Origin: Phoronis australis | Taxonomy: Eukaryota; Animalia; Phoronida | DNA: 64,000 bases | Direction of reading: 5' to 3' | Assembly: GCA_002633005.1 (NCBI GenBank) | Contig: NMRA01000612.1 | Span: 62,001-126,000 of the forward strand | Shown here: piece after piece, positions 53,667 through 64,000 of the stretch | How positions within the stretch are numbered: position 1 is the first letter of the stretch | How the letters are laid out: each line of letters opens with the position of its first letter | Program-made: the position numbers and the translations under genes | Notes under the pieces: model-generated | Told to the model about the DNA's origin: nothing | What the model saw: only the letters and a program-made list of their open reading frames with translations | The model's database searches: none

Positions 53667-56600
53667 ATGGCTACAACCCGAGCTCCGAAACAGTGGCCGC
53701 TCACTAAAAATGAGACTATAACCTCATTTGATGGCAGGAGGCAGAAACTGTACATCCTCTCATTAGACCCTCACTTGGCGCCACTTGTCTACGGCGTTAG
53801 TTGGCTCAAGAAAACCGCCGCTACTCCACTACGTGGTCTAACCGACGACCCCTAAGACACCCTAGAACCGCAGCGGGGTTCTGCTCACATGAAATTCAGT
53901 GGCTCATTTAGAACTGACGCGTGCACAAATTGCTAATTTTTGTCCAGTCATATCCCGTAATTCTATCGTGAAGTCCTCCACCTCCGTCCAGGACATTTGG
54001 CCGAAAATCCGCCAACATTTTGGCTTCGCTTCCACAGGAGCGGACTTCTTGGACGTGGGACTCATATTAGTAGATCCCAATGAACGTCCTGAAGACCTAT
54101 TCCAGTGCCTCACTGCTTTTTTCGACGAAATTACTTATCGTTGGGTGTTGCATAACGCATCATGGCGAAGCGGTCGACATCAACGAAGACATGACTCCTT
54201 TCCTCGAAAATACTATTGTGTTTTTATGGTTACAGCTGGTCAACCCAGGTCTACCCCAACTTTATCACGCAGAGTTGCACAGCAAGTCCCTCGCCTCCAT
54301 CAAGACTGAAATTTCTAAGGCTATGAACTCACTACTTGATGAGCTTAGGGGCATCGAGGACACTCGTTTCATGCGTATAACCAGCTCTAAGACAAGCCCC
54401 TCGCCGCCGTAGAACCCTGTCGTGCGTGTTATGCACCACCGCCCGCCGCACTCCCTCAGACCACTTCTTGTCTCGGTGCCCGTTCCTCCCACCTGATGAC
54501 AAGCACGCCTTTGTCAAAGCACGGCGGTCCACCGACGTTAACGACGCCACTGAGGAAGACTCCCCACAAGACACAATATCTTACGACCAGTACTGGCCTG
54601 ACTCCGCTGTCAGGCTTCGCGTCTACACCGTCCAGTCTCCTTATTTCGTCACTTTGGTGGTCAAACCCTCGTGCGTTTGACATTGACTGTGGTGCGACAG
54701 GAAACATGATTAGCGCATCGTGTGCATGTTCGTTTGGCGAAAGTTCGTAAAAATTCCCAAACCAACTTCCAGGCTGCCAGCCGATGGTACATCTACTCTA
54801 CAGGTTGTGGGGGGAACTCGACTAGTCTTCACAGGTGACAAGCATCCCTTCGTTTTCGACGGTCTTGTTATCGAATCCCTTGGCGTAGATGTGTTGGCGT
54901 ATTGGCAGAAACCCCATTTACAACTTACAATGACATTTCAGTACGACCTGCTCGCAAGATTATCACGTTGGCTGACGGATCTACATACACCTAAGGCCAA
55001 CCCGCAAACCAATACCCACGACCCACAGCACGACTGTCCCACGTATTACGTGCTCCCCCTCACACGACAGCCATATGGCCTGGTGATTGTCTTGAGTTGG
55101 ATGCCCTGTCTAATTTCACCGATTCTCAGAAGATCTTGTCATCGAACCTCGCTCCGATAGCATTAGCCTCTACGGGTCTTTCTCAGCTATAGCCACAACC
55201 GCAAATCTTGTCCCGACTAAGGGCAAGATTCGTTTGTTCAACAACACCGATGAACCACGATTTTTGCAAAGAGATGAGCAGTTTTGCCAGGTGAACGCCG
55301 TGTTCACTCCTTCAGAGGTTCCAGCTGGTTCAGCCACCCAGTGTACCCCATCAACCCAAACTACCTGAGATCGCCATCGGTTTGTCGCCGTTGTTCCGAC
55401 AACATTTTGCATGCTGCAGATCAGGACAGGTTCCACGCCCTGCATCGCGAATTCGCTCACGTATTTGATCCGCAATACCCGGGTACAACGGCGCCGCAGG
55501 CCCGTTCGAGGCAGTCGTAAACATGGGTCCTACGCAACATCCACAGAGGAAAGGTCGCCTCCCCCAATTCTCTAAGGACAAGTTCCTGAAATTCCAACAA
55601 AAATTCAACGAGCTGGAGCTACTAGGAGTATTCACCCGTCCAGAGGATGTTGGTATTACAGTAGAATATTTTAACCCTTCGTTTCTAGTCACGAAACTCC
55701 ACGGAGGTTTTCGTTTAGTTACAGCATTTGCAGACGTCGGCCGGTACCACAAGCCCCAACCATCTTTCATGCCTGACGTAGATTCCGTGCCTCGGAAGAT
55801 TGCTCAATGGAAGTTCATCATCAAGACTGATCTTACGAGTGCCTATTATCAAATTCCTTTGTCACGCGATTCCATAAAATATTGTGGAGTATCCACATCT
55901 TTCCGAGGTATCCGTGTCTACGCACGTTGCGCCATGAGTATGCCCGGTGCGGAAACCGCTTTGGAAGAGTTGACATGTCGTGCATTGGGTAAGCGTTTGG
56001 ACGAAGGAGCCGTCACCAAGGTTGCCGACAACCTTTACTGTGGTGGTCAGACTATCACAGAATTAAAAAAGGTGCTGTCTGCATTGTCTACAGCCGACCT
56101 CCGTCTATCAGACAGTCATAGCCCCACGACGCACAGAAGTCCTCTGCTGGATTTGGGAGATTGGTACTTTACAAGCTAGTTCACATCGGATAGCTGCTCT
56201 CTCGTCTTGTCCCAAACCTGGTACTGCTCGTTAAATGAAATCCTTCACCGAAGCCGTGCATGAAAGCTATGTCGAGAGTCATACCTTACTGTGTTGCATC
56301 ATACATCGCCCCACTTGACACCACTATATTGGGGTTCGAATCAAAAGACCGCATTACCTGGACCGATGAGTTACATGTTGCTTTCACCTCGGCCCAAAAG
56401 GCATTGCCCACGCATAAAATTATCTCTCCACTGCGACCGGACGATCGGTTATGGATAGTCACTGACGCTTCCGCCAAACACCCAGACATCGCTGGTACAG
56501 TTATATCTCTCTCGTGATGACACACCACGTGTCTGCGGCTCCTTCAGTGCGAAACTGAAATTACGTGAGGTTAATTGGCTCCCATGGGAAACTGAGGCTC

Positions 56601-57039
56601 TCGCCATTGCTGCCTCCGTGACACATTTTAGCCCCTATCTGATTCAGTCAGCACGTCCTGCTATCATACCTACAGACAGTAAGCCTTTTGTACAAGCTTT
56701 CGAGAAACTCTGCAGAGGCGAATTTTCAGTCAATCCTCGAGTTCTGTCCACCGTTTCTCACTATCAGTCTATCGTTCGTCATGTATCTGGTGCCACTAAC
56801 ATCGTCTCCGACTTTGTGAGTGGCCAAAGCCCAGAATGCACCGACGCTTTTGGCCAAGTGTGCCATTTCGTGAACGCTCTGGAAGATTGTGTGGTGTTCT
56901 GTGCGACTGCTGCCGAGGTCCTTCAGGGAAAACACAAACTCCCCTTCACCATGAGATCATCGTGGTTATCCATTCAGTCCGAGTCTCCTGAGTTACGGCG
57001 AGTACACTCTCATCTCACCAAGGGACGCGGCCCTCAAAG
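53667..57039 (+). mobile_element. Decayed Ty3/Gypsy LTR retrotransposon internal region (gag-PR-RT-RNase H), truncated at N 57040
   Basis: gag-like RAPKQWPLTKNET; protease IDCGATGNMI near 54682; [34 protein letters not shown] (55523-56179); RNase H LWIVTDAS, ETEALAIA, TDSKP, NIVSDFVS. Many stops and frameshifts; no LTR recognised. Confidence 0.88.
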
Positions 57040-57599
57040 NCATGTACAAAAAAAAAAATAATTGCAGGCGGCCTGATACACGTTGTATCAGACGTGCGCA
57101 GGCCTCGCATGTGTGCCCATTGCACTGATCACCTGGAAATATTTTTATGCTTTATTAATATATTACATGTACATGTACACTGTATGATATTGCGCAAGAC
57201 AACTTTACTATACATCAGTTACAAACGTGTGGGGTGTAATAGAATGACACGGCATAACAGATGAGGTAAAAACGTTGCACGTCAATTCGCCTGAATATCA
57301 GGGTTGCGGCACCGCAGTATTTCCCCTAATCAAATCAAAACATATCTTAGAATAAAGACGCTAGTTACCTAAAGAAATCAGTTATAGAACTGCTCTTTCA
57401 GCGGTGAATCCAACTAAAATGCTTGGCTACTTCAGAAGTGTCGACGAAGGCGCGCGCACAATAAATCCCCGCGCGTTTTGCCGATGAGCCACAAAGACTC
57501 AGCAATTCACAATGCAAAAAACTATATTTTCAGAGTGAACCCCCCCTCTCAATTTTTTCCAAGTTGGTTTACTTGGGGTTTACACACACTGGCTTTGCC

Positions 57600-57697
57600 G
57601 TTTTTGTTTTGCTGGAGACGCTTTTTTTAAATTTTTGGGTCCTGGCTCGAGGGGGGGGGGTTTAAACCCCCTGAACCCCCCCGTAGATCCGCCACTG
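57600..57697 (-). mobile_element. MITE-like end with G/C-run palindrome abutting the LINE (left boundary approximate)
   Basis: Minus strand CAGTGGCGGATCTACGGGGGGGTTCAGGGGGTTTAAACCCCCCCCC begins exactly where LINE homology (ILTYG) stops. Confidence 0.6.
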
Positions 57698-59105
57698 GCA
57701 CCATATGTTAATATGGGTATTATCATAGAGTCAAAGAGTTTAAAATGCACTCCATGGGAAATACAGTTAAGTTTTAACAGAGTGGCTTTAATAACGTTCA
57801 TTTTCATTGCTTTTCGAGCTTGGCTTGCAAGTACTCTTCCACACTCTGTCCATTTAAGTCTGCAGGAGAACGTGACTCCTAGGTACTTGTAGTACAATGT
57901 GGTGTCTACTTTCTTATCGCCCAAAACCCACCTTTCATTACTTGAAAGTATGCCCCCTCGCTTAAATACCACAACATTCGTTTTCGCCAAATTAACTTGC
58001 AAGTTGCAGTCTCAAAAAACTTTTCGAGGACATTGAGCTTCATCTGTAGCAACAGAGCATTCCCGCTCCACATGACTGGAGCAAGTCTACCATGCCTTTA
58101 ACACCGTCATTTATGTCAATATCAACACAGCTCACAATTTATCGACACTTATCTTTTCCTTCCTGGCTTTGTAATTTTTTCTAAAAATACACCTGCTTTC
58201 TCATTATGCCATCTATATCTTAGTCGTTTTTGCAATGCTATATAAGGTTCACCAGTAACTTTTTGACATAATTTTGCAGGGGTACTGAGGGTACAAATTA
58301 AATGAAAATGCAACGACAAATCACATTGCAATACTTTAAAATCTTGAATGCGCTCGAACAACGATGTCTCGGCAAGAACATAATCAATGGTGCTACAACC
58401 TCTCGTCGAAACAAAAGTAAAATTGCAATCAGGATCAGATTTCGATCTACCATTAACAATGTGGATACCATGACCCATACACAAATCAATTAATTTTTTA
58501 CCAAAATTATTAGTTTTGGCATCTTGGTTTTTCCTTGGTTTGGCGAAATCATCCTCTACATAGACACAGCTATGTTCTATAACAGGGACATATTTTCTAC
58601 TGTCATCAGCAATAAAGTCATTGACAGTGCCAGTACGGGCATTGGAATCACCTGCAAGAATTAATCTGGCTTGGTTTAGTTTACCTGAAACATTAAAATC
58701 TATGATCTCACCATATAATTGCTCCACGTCACTTTCTTGGCTATAATCAGAACCCTCTGGAGGCAGGTACACAAAACCTATAATGACATGAGGCTTTTCG
58801 CTATGGGGGTACATTTTTTATGTGTAATTATACACGGTCTTTTAAATCATGATTCATGTGCGTTACATTCTGTGCCAAATTATTTTTTACTAACACAGTG
58901 ATGCCTCCTGATAATTTCCCTCCAGGGGGGCGAATCGCAGAGTGGACAGTATAGTTGTCGAAAAACGTGTCAAATTCTGTTGGCGATTTTTGGAATGATT
59001 CAATAAAACCAATTATATCACGACTCAACAATTTCATATATTTCATGAGAAGATGACTTCATTTTGAAGCCCAGTCATTCTATATTCCAGGATCCTATAT
59101 TCAAA
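57698..59105 (-). mobile_element. Decayed non-LTR retrotransposon (LINE) ORF2: APE endonuclease plus RT C-terminal part, RT core deleted
   Basis: IGSWNIE*LG near 59098; GGITVLVK; VYLPP, ILAGDSNAR, TIDY (58149-58814); LQVNLAKTNVVVF and YKYLGV (57698-58002). Confidence 0.85.
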
Positions 59106-59674
59106 TGGATGCTCTGTTCATCAAATTGCTATTCTGCATCAGGGTCTGCTTCATCATTGATACCTATGTCAGCTGACCTTCGAAAATCTGTTCTTCGTTT
59201 GACCATGTCTTGTTCAATAGGTGATAACAAGGTATTCAAAATATTTTGAAGGACAACAATGACATTAGTAATTCACATATACAAAGACCTGACCAGTAGG
59301 ACCATAATAAAATAGAAATAAAATATCTGCATAGAAAGTGACAACAATTAATAACTGGGAAACGATTAACAACAACAATAACAATGTACAACTCAAACGC
59401 CAGTAAACGCAACTTGGCTCCTTTCCCACTCTAGTAACGTAACTTCGTCTCCATTAACACCATATCCTTGAACGGAGCTCTCGGTCTGTATAATTCTCCC
59501 ATCTTGGCTCGCCGCTTGGCCTTCCAAACTCTCCGCCAGTGCTTTTTGTTAGCGACCTCTTCCTTCTTGTATGGTGTGGCAAGCACCGACAGAGTTAATT
59601 AAAAAATTTAAAACTAAAACATCATTGTTCAACAGTAGGTGTGGCCGACACCTAAATATTAAACAAAAAACAAT

Positions 59675-60166
59675 CTATGATAAATATCGTCGATCCGTGG
59701 ATACTGGAGCACAAAACCAGCGCTGGTTCAATGTTACGAAAGCACGTCCCTGGGTCTCAAACTGCAGAATTTCATCTCGCGCTATGTCGTTTGAAAATGT
59801 CAGAGGTTGCTCGACGTTTAGAGCTTGACGTGGCTCTTCCGCCGCTAATCTTTCCAGTCGATACTTGTTTATCACCTCTACAGGTTTACTGATGGTGTGC
59901 CCTGTCCGTGCCTCATGTCGCCTACCATCCCTACGCGTAGCAAATTTTCTGTTGCAGGCCCTACACTGCACGAGGGTAATCGACTTAGCACACGGTCTTT
60001 CATGACGCTTGAGCAGGTAGAATTTTGAGAAGGTCTCGTCGCATGAATTGCATGAAAAACGCGTCTCTGCCTTTCTGTCCCAAGGATAGAATGTGTCGTC
60101 CTGTCGCAGAGTAGCGTCTTTCTCCAAACTTATTAACTCCACCCGAGACACGTCATACGTGTACAC
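59675..60166 (-). CDS. Two-zinc-finger ORF (C2HC and C2H2), probably element-borne; true start not identified
   Basis: FSCNSCDETFSKFYLLKRHERPC and VQCRACNRKFATRRDGRRHEARTGH. Confidence 0.55.
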   Translation of the reverse strand: MYTYDVSRVELISLEKDATLRQDDTFYPWDRKAETRFSCNSCDETFSKFYLLKRHERPCAKSITLVQCRACNRKFATRRDGRRHEARTGHTISKPVEVINKYRLERLAAEEPRQALNVEQPLTFSNDIARDEILQFETQGRAFVTLNQRWFCAPVSTDRRYLS

Positions 60167-60759
60167 GTTATTGTTGATAACAAGCTTAGGCTACAGCTGA
60201 ATACTTAAACAAAGTCCGATTGAGTACTCTTGTTACTTGTCAATGATGCTGGATGAGTAAATTCGTAGGAAACTGTCATTCACCGTTGAATGGAAAAACG
60301 GCATACATTGCTGTAGAGATAGCGTTGAATTCTTAGCTCAAGCACATTGTGCCGTGTCAAACTTACCTGTAGTTGCACGGAAAGAGGTTTGAAAACAGGA
60401 TTTTACGCCGATGCAACTTTATTTCATCACGACATAGTAAACTACTTTAAAAACTCATCGACAAAGACTGTAAGCGAACATTGCAGAAAACGTAAATTAC
60501 AAAAATCCGTAATTAGATACACAAATACCAATAAACTAGCGGAATATGAACATTGCGAACATTATACTTAAGATCGTATATGCCCTATTCCGACACACTT
60601 ACAAAATATTCAGACTGGAGAACGAAACGTCTCACCCGTCGCTTAACCACGAAAACTCTGGTACAAATGCAATGTCAAATAAGCCCGCCACGAGACGCTC
60701 GAAGCTTAATGGTGGACAGTGGAGCGGTTTAAAAACGATGTGAACTACACAAACTTAAC

Positions 60760-61995
60760 AAAACAACTGTTAACCATGGATCTGCAGTGACAATACACTT
60801 TTCCCGTTGAGAGATCGCAATTTGTTGTCGCACGCTTCAAGAATAGTTGTCTTCTTGAATTGTCGTGTAAAGAACGGAATTTTGAATCAAATAATGTATT
60901 AGTGACATGTGAATTTATGACGCAACCCTGTATAGATAAGTAAATTCGTGTGAAACAGTCCGCCATAATTGAACGGTGACGGACACTGCCGTGGAGATAG
61001 CGTCCAGCTGTTAGCTTAAAAGTACATTGTACTGCCGAACATACAGTACCTTTTTCCCTCAAAGAGATCGCAATTTGTTGGTGATATATCTCTTTGCACG
61101 CTTCAAGAATAATGGTCTGCTTGAATAACCCTCCTCCTTAACATCACGGTTTATGTCCTCGACCTTCTTTCCCTTGTTGGAAAGTGCAGCATTTTGAATT
61201 AAATGATGTATCAGTGACATCATTCAATTTGGTGGCATAGCCCTGGGGGACGCAATTTAAATGACGTCAGACGAGTAAATTCGTAGGAAACAGTTATCCA
61301 CATTGAATAAAAGGCTACAAACATTGGCGTGGAGATATCGTGGACTTCTTAGCTTGAGCACATTTTGCTGTCAAACATACCGTTTTACCACTAAGATGTC
61401 GCAATTTGTTGGTGACATACATGTATCTCTTTGCAAGCCTCAAGAACGATGGGGATAGGGTCGAGTTGTTAGCTTAAGTACATTGTGCTTTCAGCATACC
61501 TTCTTCCGCAAAGAGACCGCAATTTGTTCGTCATTCATCCCTTTGCATGTTTCAATGATGATGGTCTTCATGAATTGTCCTCCTCCTCAACATCACCGTC
61601 CACGTCACCGGCCCTCTTTCGTCGTGGAAAGCATAGCATTTTGAATTATATGATGTATTAGTGACATCATGTTATTGTATGACGCAACTCTGTAGAGATG
61701 ACAGAGTAAATTCGTGGAAAACAGTCGACCGTCTTTGAATAAAAGGTGGCGCACACTGCCGTGGATATACCGTCGATATACTAACTTAACTACATTGTGC
61801 TGCCAAATATACCTTTGTCCCAAAAAGAAATCGCAGTTTGTTGGTGATGTCTCTTTGCACGCTTCAAGAATGATGCTAGTCTTGAAGTACCCTACTCCTC
61901 AACATCAACGTTTTCGTCTACTCTGCCCTTTTCTCGTGGAAAGCACGGAATTTTGATACAAATGATGTATTAGTGACATGTTGCGATTTGATGAC
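60760..61995. repeat. Array of diverged about 250-330 bp repeat units
   Basis: cgca(a/g)tttgtt near 60816, 61067, 61399, 61518 and 61831; gtaaattcgt..gaaacag near 60940, 61276 and 61707; recurring atgtat(t/c)agtgacat. Confidence 0.8.
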
Positions 61996-62384
61996 TGTTA
62001 CGGCCCTGTCAGCCAAAGTCCGTAAACTTCATGCAAAACGGTTAAAAAAGGTATATTGAAAAAGCTCTCCGTCGGCTGTCCAGCGTCAAACTCAACTCAG
62101 ATAGCACGAACACCAGGGTTGAGTTGCATAAAGCTTCAAAAAATATCCGCTGGACAATTTTGATTGTAGCATGACATCAAGTGCATTGCTCAACAATATT
62201 ACGTGACGCTTAATAATGCGACGTCATTGTTTCTATACGACGTATAACTTTTATGCAACTTACACACTAAAGGAGCAAAACCAAAAATACAATCACAAGA
62301 GCTCGGCAGCTGTCGCGAATTCGCGATGCGTGTTGCGTCTCGCGTGAAATCGGTTTGAAAGAAAAATATAAAATATGCAATTGT

Positions 62385-62580
62385 TCTGGGTTCCGTTCCG
62401 TTCCAAAAAACTGACTTAAGTTCATTTTTGACTTAAGTTTAAGATTTTTCGTAAGTTTTTGACTTTAGACAAATCTTAAGATTTAGATTTATTTGCGTTC
62501 CAAGAAACAATCTTAACTGACTTAAGTTTTTGTCTTAACTTTAAGTCAACTCTCAACTTGTCTTAACTCGATCTTAAGTT
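62385..62580. repeat. CTTAAG/CTTAAC-rich subterminal-type repeat, probably a MITE end
   Basis: Many CTTAAG palindromes and cgttccaa twice within 200 bp. Confidence 0.5.
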
Positions 62581-62898
62581 TGTCAAAATTGCCGTCTTGC
62601 ACATCAGATTATATTTGACAGATAATTTTGCTGCGAAAAGAGCTATGTTGTGGCAGCAAATATATCGTGGTGATATGGTCAAAGAGGCCCGCAGTCACGA
62701 TGAGTGAGTTTAGTACACTATCCTTGATGCTATTTGAAGCCAAGCACCTAGCTTGTCGCTTTGTGTGACCGAGGTGGAAAACTTTGACGATAGAATGTCA
62801 TTGTATTCGGCCACACCAGCAAATAAGCGAGATAGCACGCCTGTCGAAAAGTTCGGCTTTCGTTTATCCATGCCGTCTGCTGTGAAAGCGCTTCTTTG

Positions 62899-63740
62899 TC
62901 ATGTCGCCTACCATCCCTACGCGAAGCAAATTTTCTGTTGCAGGCCCACACTGTACGAGGGTAATCGACTTAGCTCACGGTCTTTCATGACCCATGAGCA
63001 GGTAGAAGTTTAAGAAGGTCTCGTCGCATGAATCACATGAAAAACGCGTCTTTGCCATTATGTCCAAGGGGTGGACTGTGTCGTCCTGTCGCTGAGTAGC
63101 GTCTTCCTCCAAACTTATTAACTCCTCCCGAGACACGTCATACACGTTATTGTATTTGTTGATAACAAGCTTGAGCAACAGCTGAATACCTGAACAAAGT
63201 CCGATTGAGTACTCCTGTAACACAATGATGCCAGATGAGCAAATTTGCCGGAAACAGTCATTCACCTTTAAGTGGAAACTAGAGCGGCGTACATTGCTGT
63301 AGAGAAAGCGTTGAGTTCTTAGCTCAAGCCCATTGTGCTGTCAAACATACCTGTAGTTGCACGGGAAGAGGTTTGAAAACAGAGGTTTTTACGCCGGTGC
63401 AACTTTATTTCATCACGACATAGGAAACTACAATGATCGAATAAAACTATAAGCGAACATTGCATAAAGACTTACGTTAAACAAATATTTACATGTACCA
63501 CACAATTTACAGAAAACGTAAATTACAAAAAACCGTAATTAGATACACAAATACCAATAAACTACCGGAATATGAACATTACTAACACTTTACTGAGATC
63601 GTATATGCCCTGTTCCGATACACACAAAATAGTCAGACAACGAACGTCTCATCCGTCGCATAACCACGAAAATGACTTTAAAAACTAAAGTATATTAATG
63701 CAATGTCAAATAAGTACGCCACGAGACGCTCGAAGCTTAA
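62899..63740 (-). pseudogene. Second, disrupted copy of the zinc-finger segment (direct repeat of 59913-60709)
   Basis: Colinear from tcatgtcgcctaccatcc to cacgagacgctcgaagcttaa; finger 1 ends HERP* instead of HERPC. Confidence 0.8.
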
Positions 63741-64000
63741 AGGCCAAGTATGGTGCCAAAATTACTATTTTTAAATCTAAAGTACATTTATTGATAAAAA
63801 ACATCAAAATACTGTGTCATAGCATACCCCAGTCGTTAATTAAGTAGGCCTTCGACAATACAGTAGCCCCATCACGAACCCCATTTAGCGCCAAAAAAAA
63901 ACTTGAGACGACGCTTGCACTAATCGAAGTCTATGACATCATCGTTACAACGAATTTGGCTTTCACTGTGTCTCCAGAATATTGGAATCAGAGATGACTC

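Overview
Eukaryotic animal DNA, AT-rich with GT-AG introns. It is probably from a lophotrochozoan invertebrate (inferred from a catchin-type exon and scallop-like exon clusters). About 45 kb (2.9-47.4 kb, + strand) is one complete muscle myosin II heavy chain gene (Mhc), which I traced through 36 coding exon positions (c1-c36; about 1950-1974 aa; all splice phases consistent). It has five clusters of tandem, apparently mutually exclusive exons: 2x P-loop/loop 1, 2x switch I, 5x before loop 2, 4x after loop 2, and 2x S2/LMM hinge. It also has two alternative C-termini, giving 320 possible full-length isoforms. Two candidate internal first exons would give headless rod proteins: a catchin/myorod-type exon at 33319 and a novel acidic exon at 28446, exactly at the head-rod junction. 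Downstream are an angiopoietin-like fibrinogen-domain gene with two frameshifts, a decayed Ty3/Gypsy element, an internally deleted LINE, and a duplicated zinc-finger ORF with a diverged repeat array. Single Ns at 42486 and 57040 look like assembly joins, so the exon duplicated across 42486 is probably an artefact. All calls were made by eye without database searches, so novelty claims are unverified.
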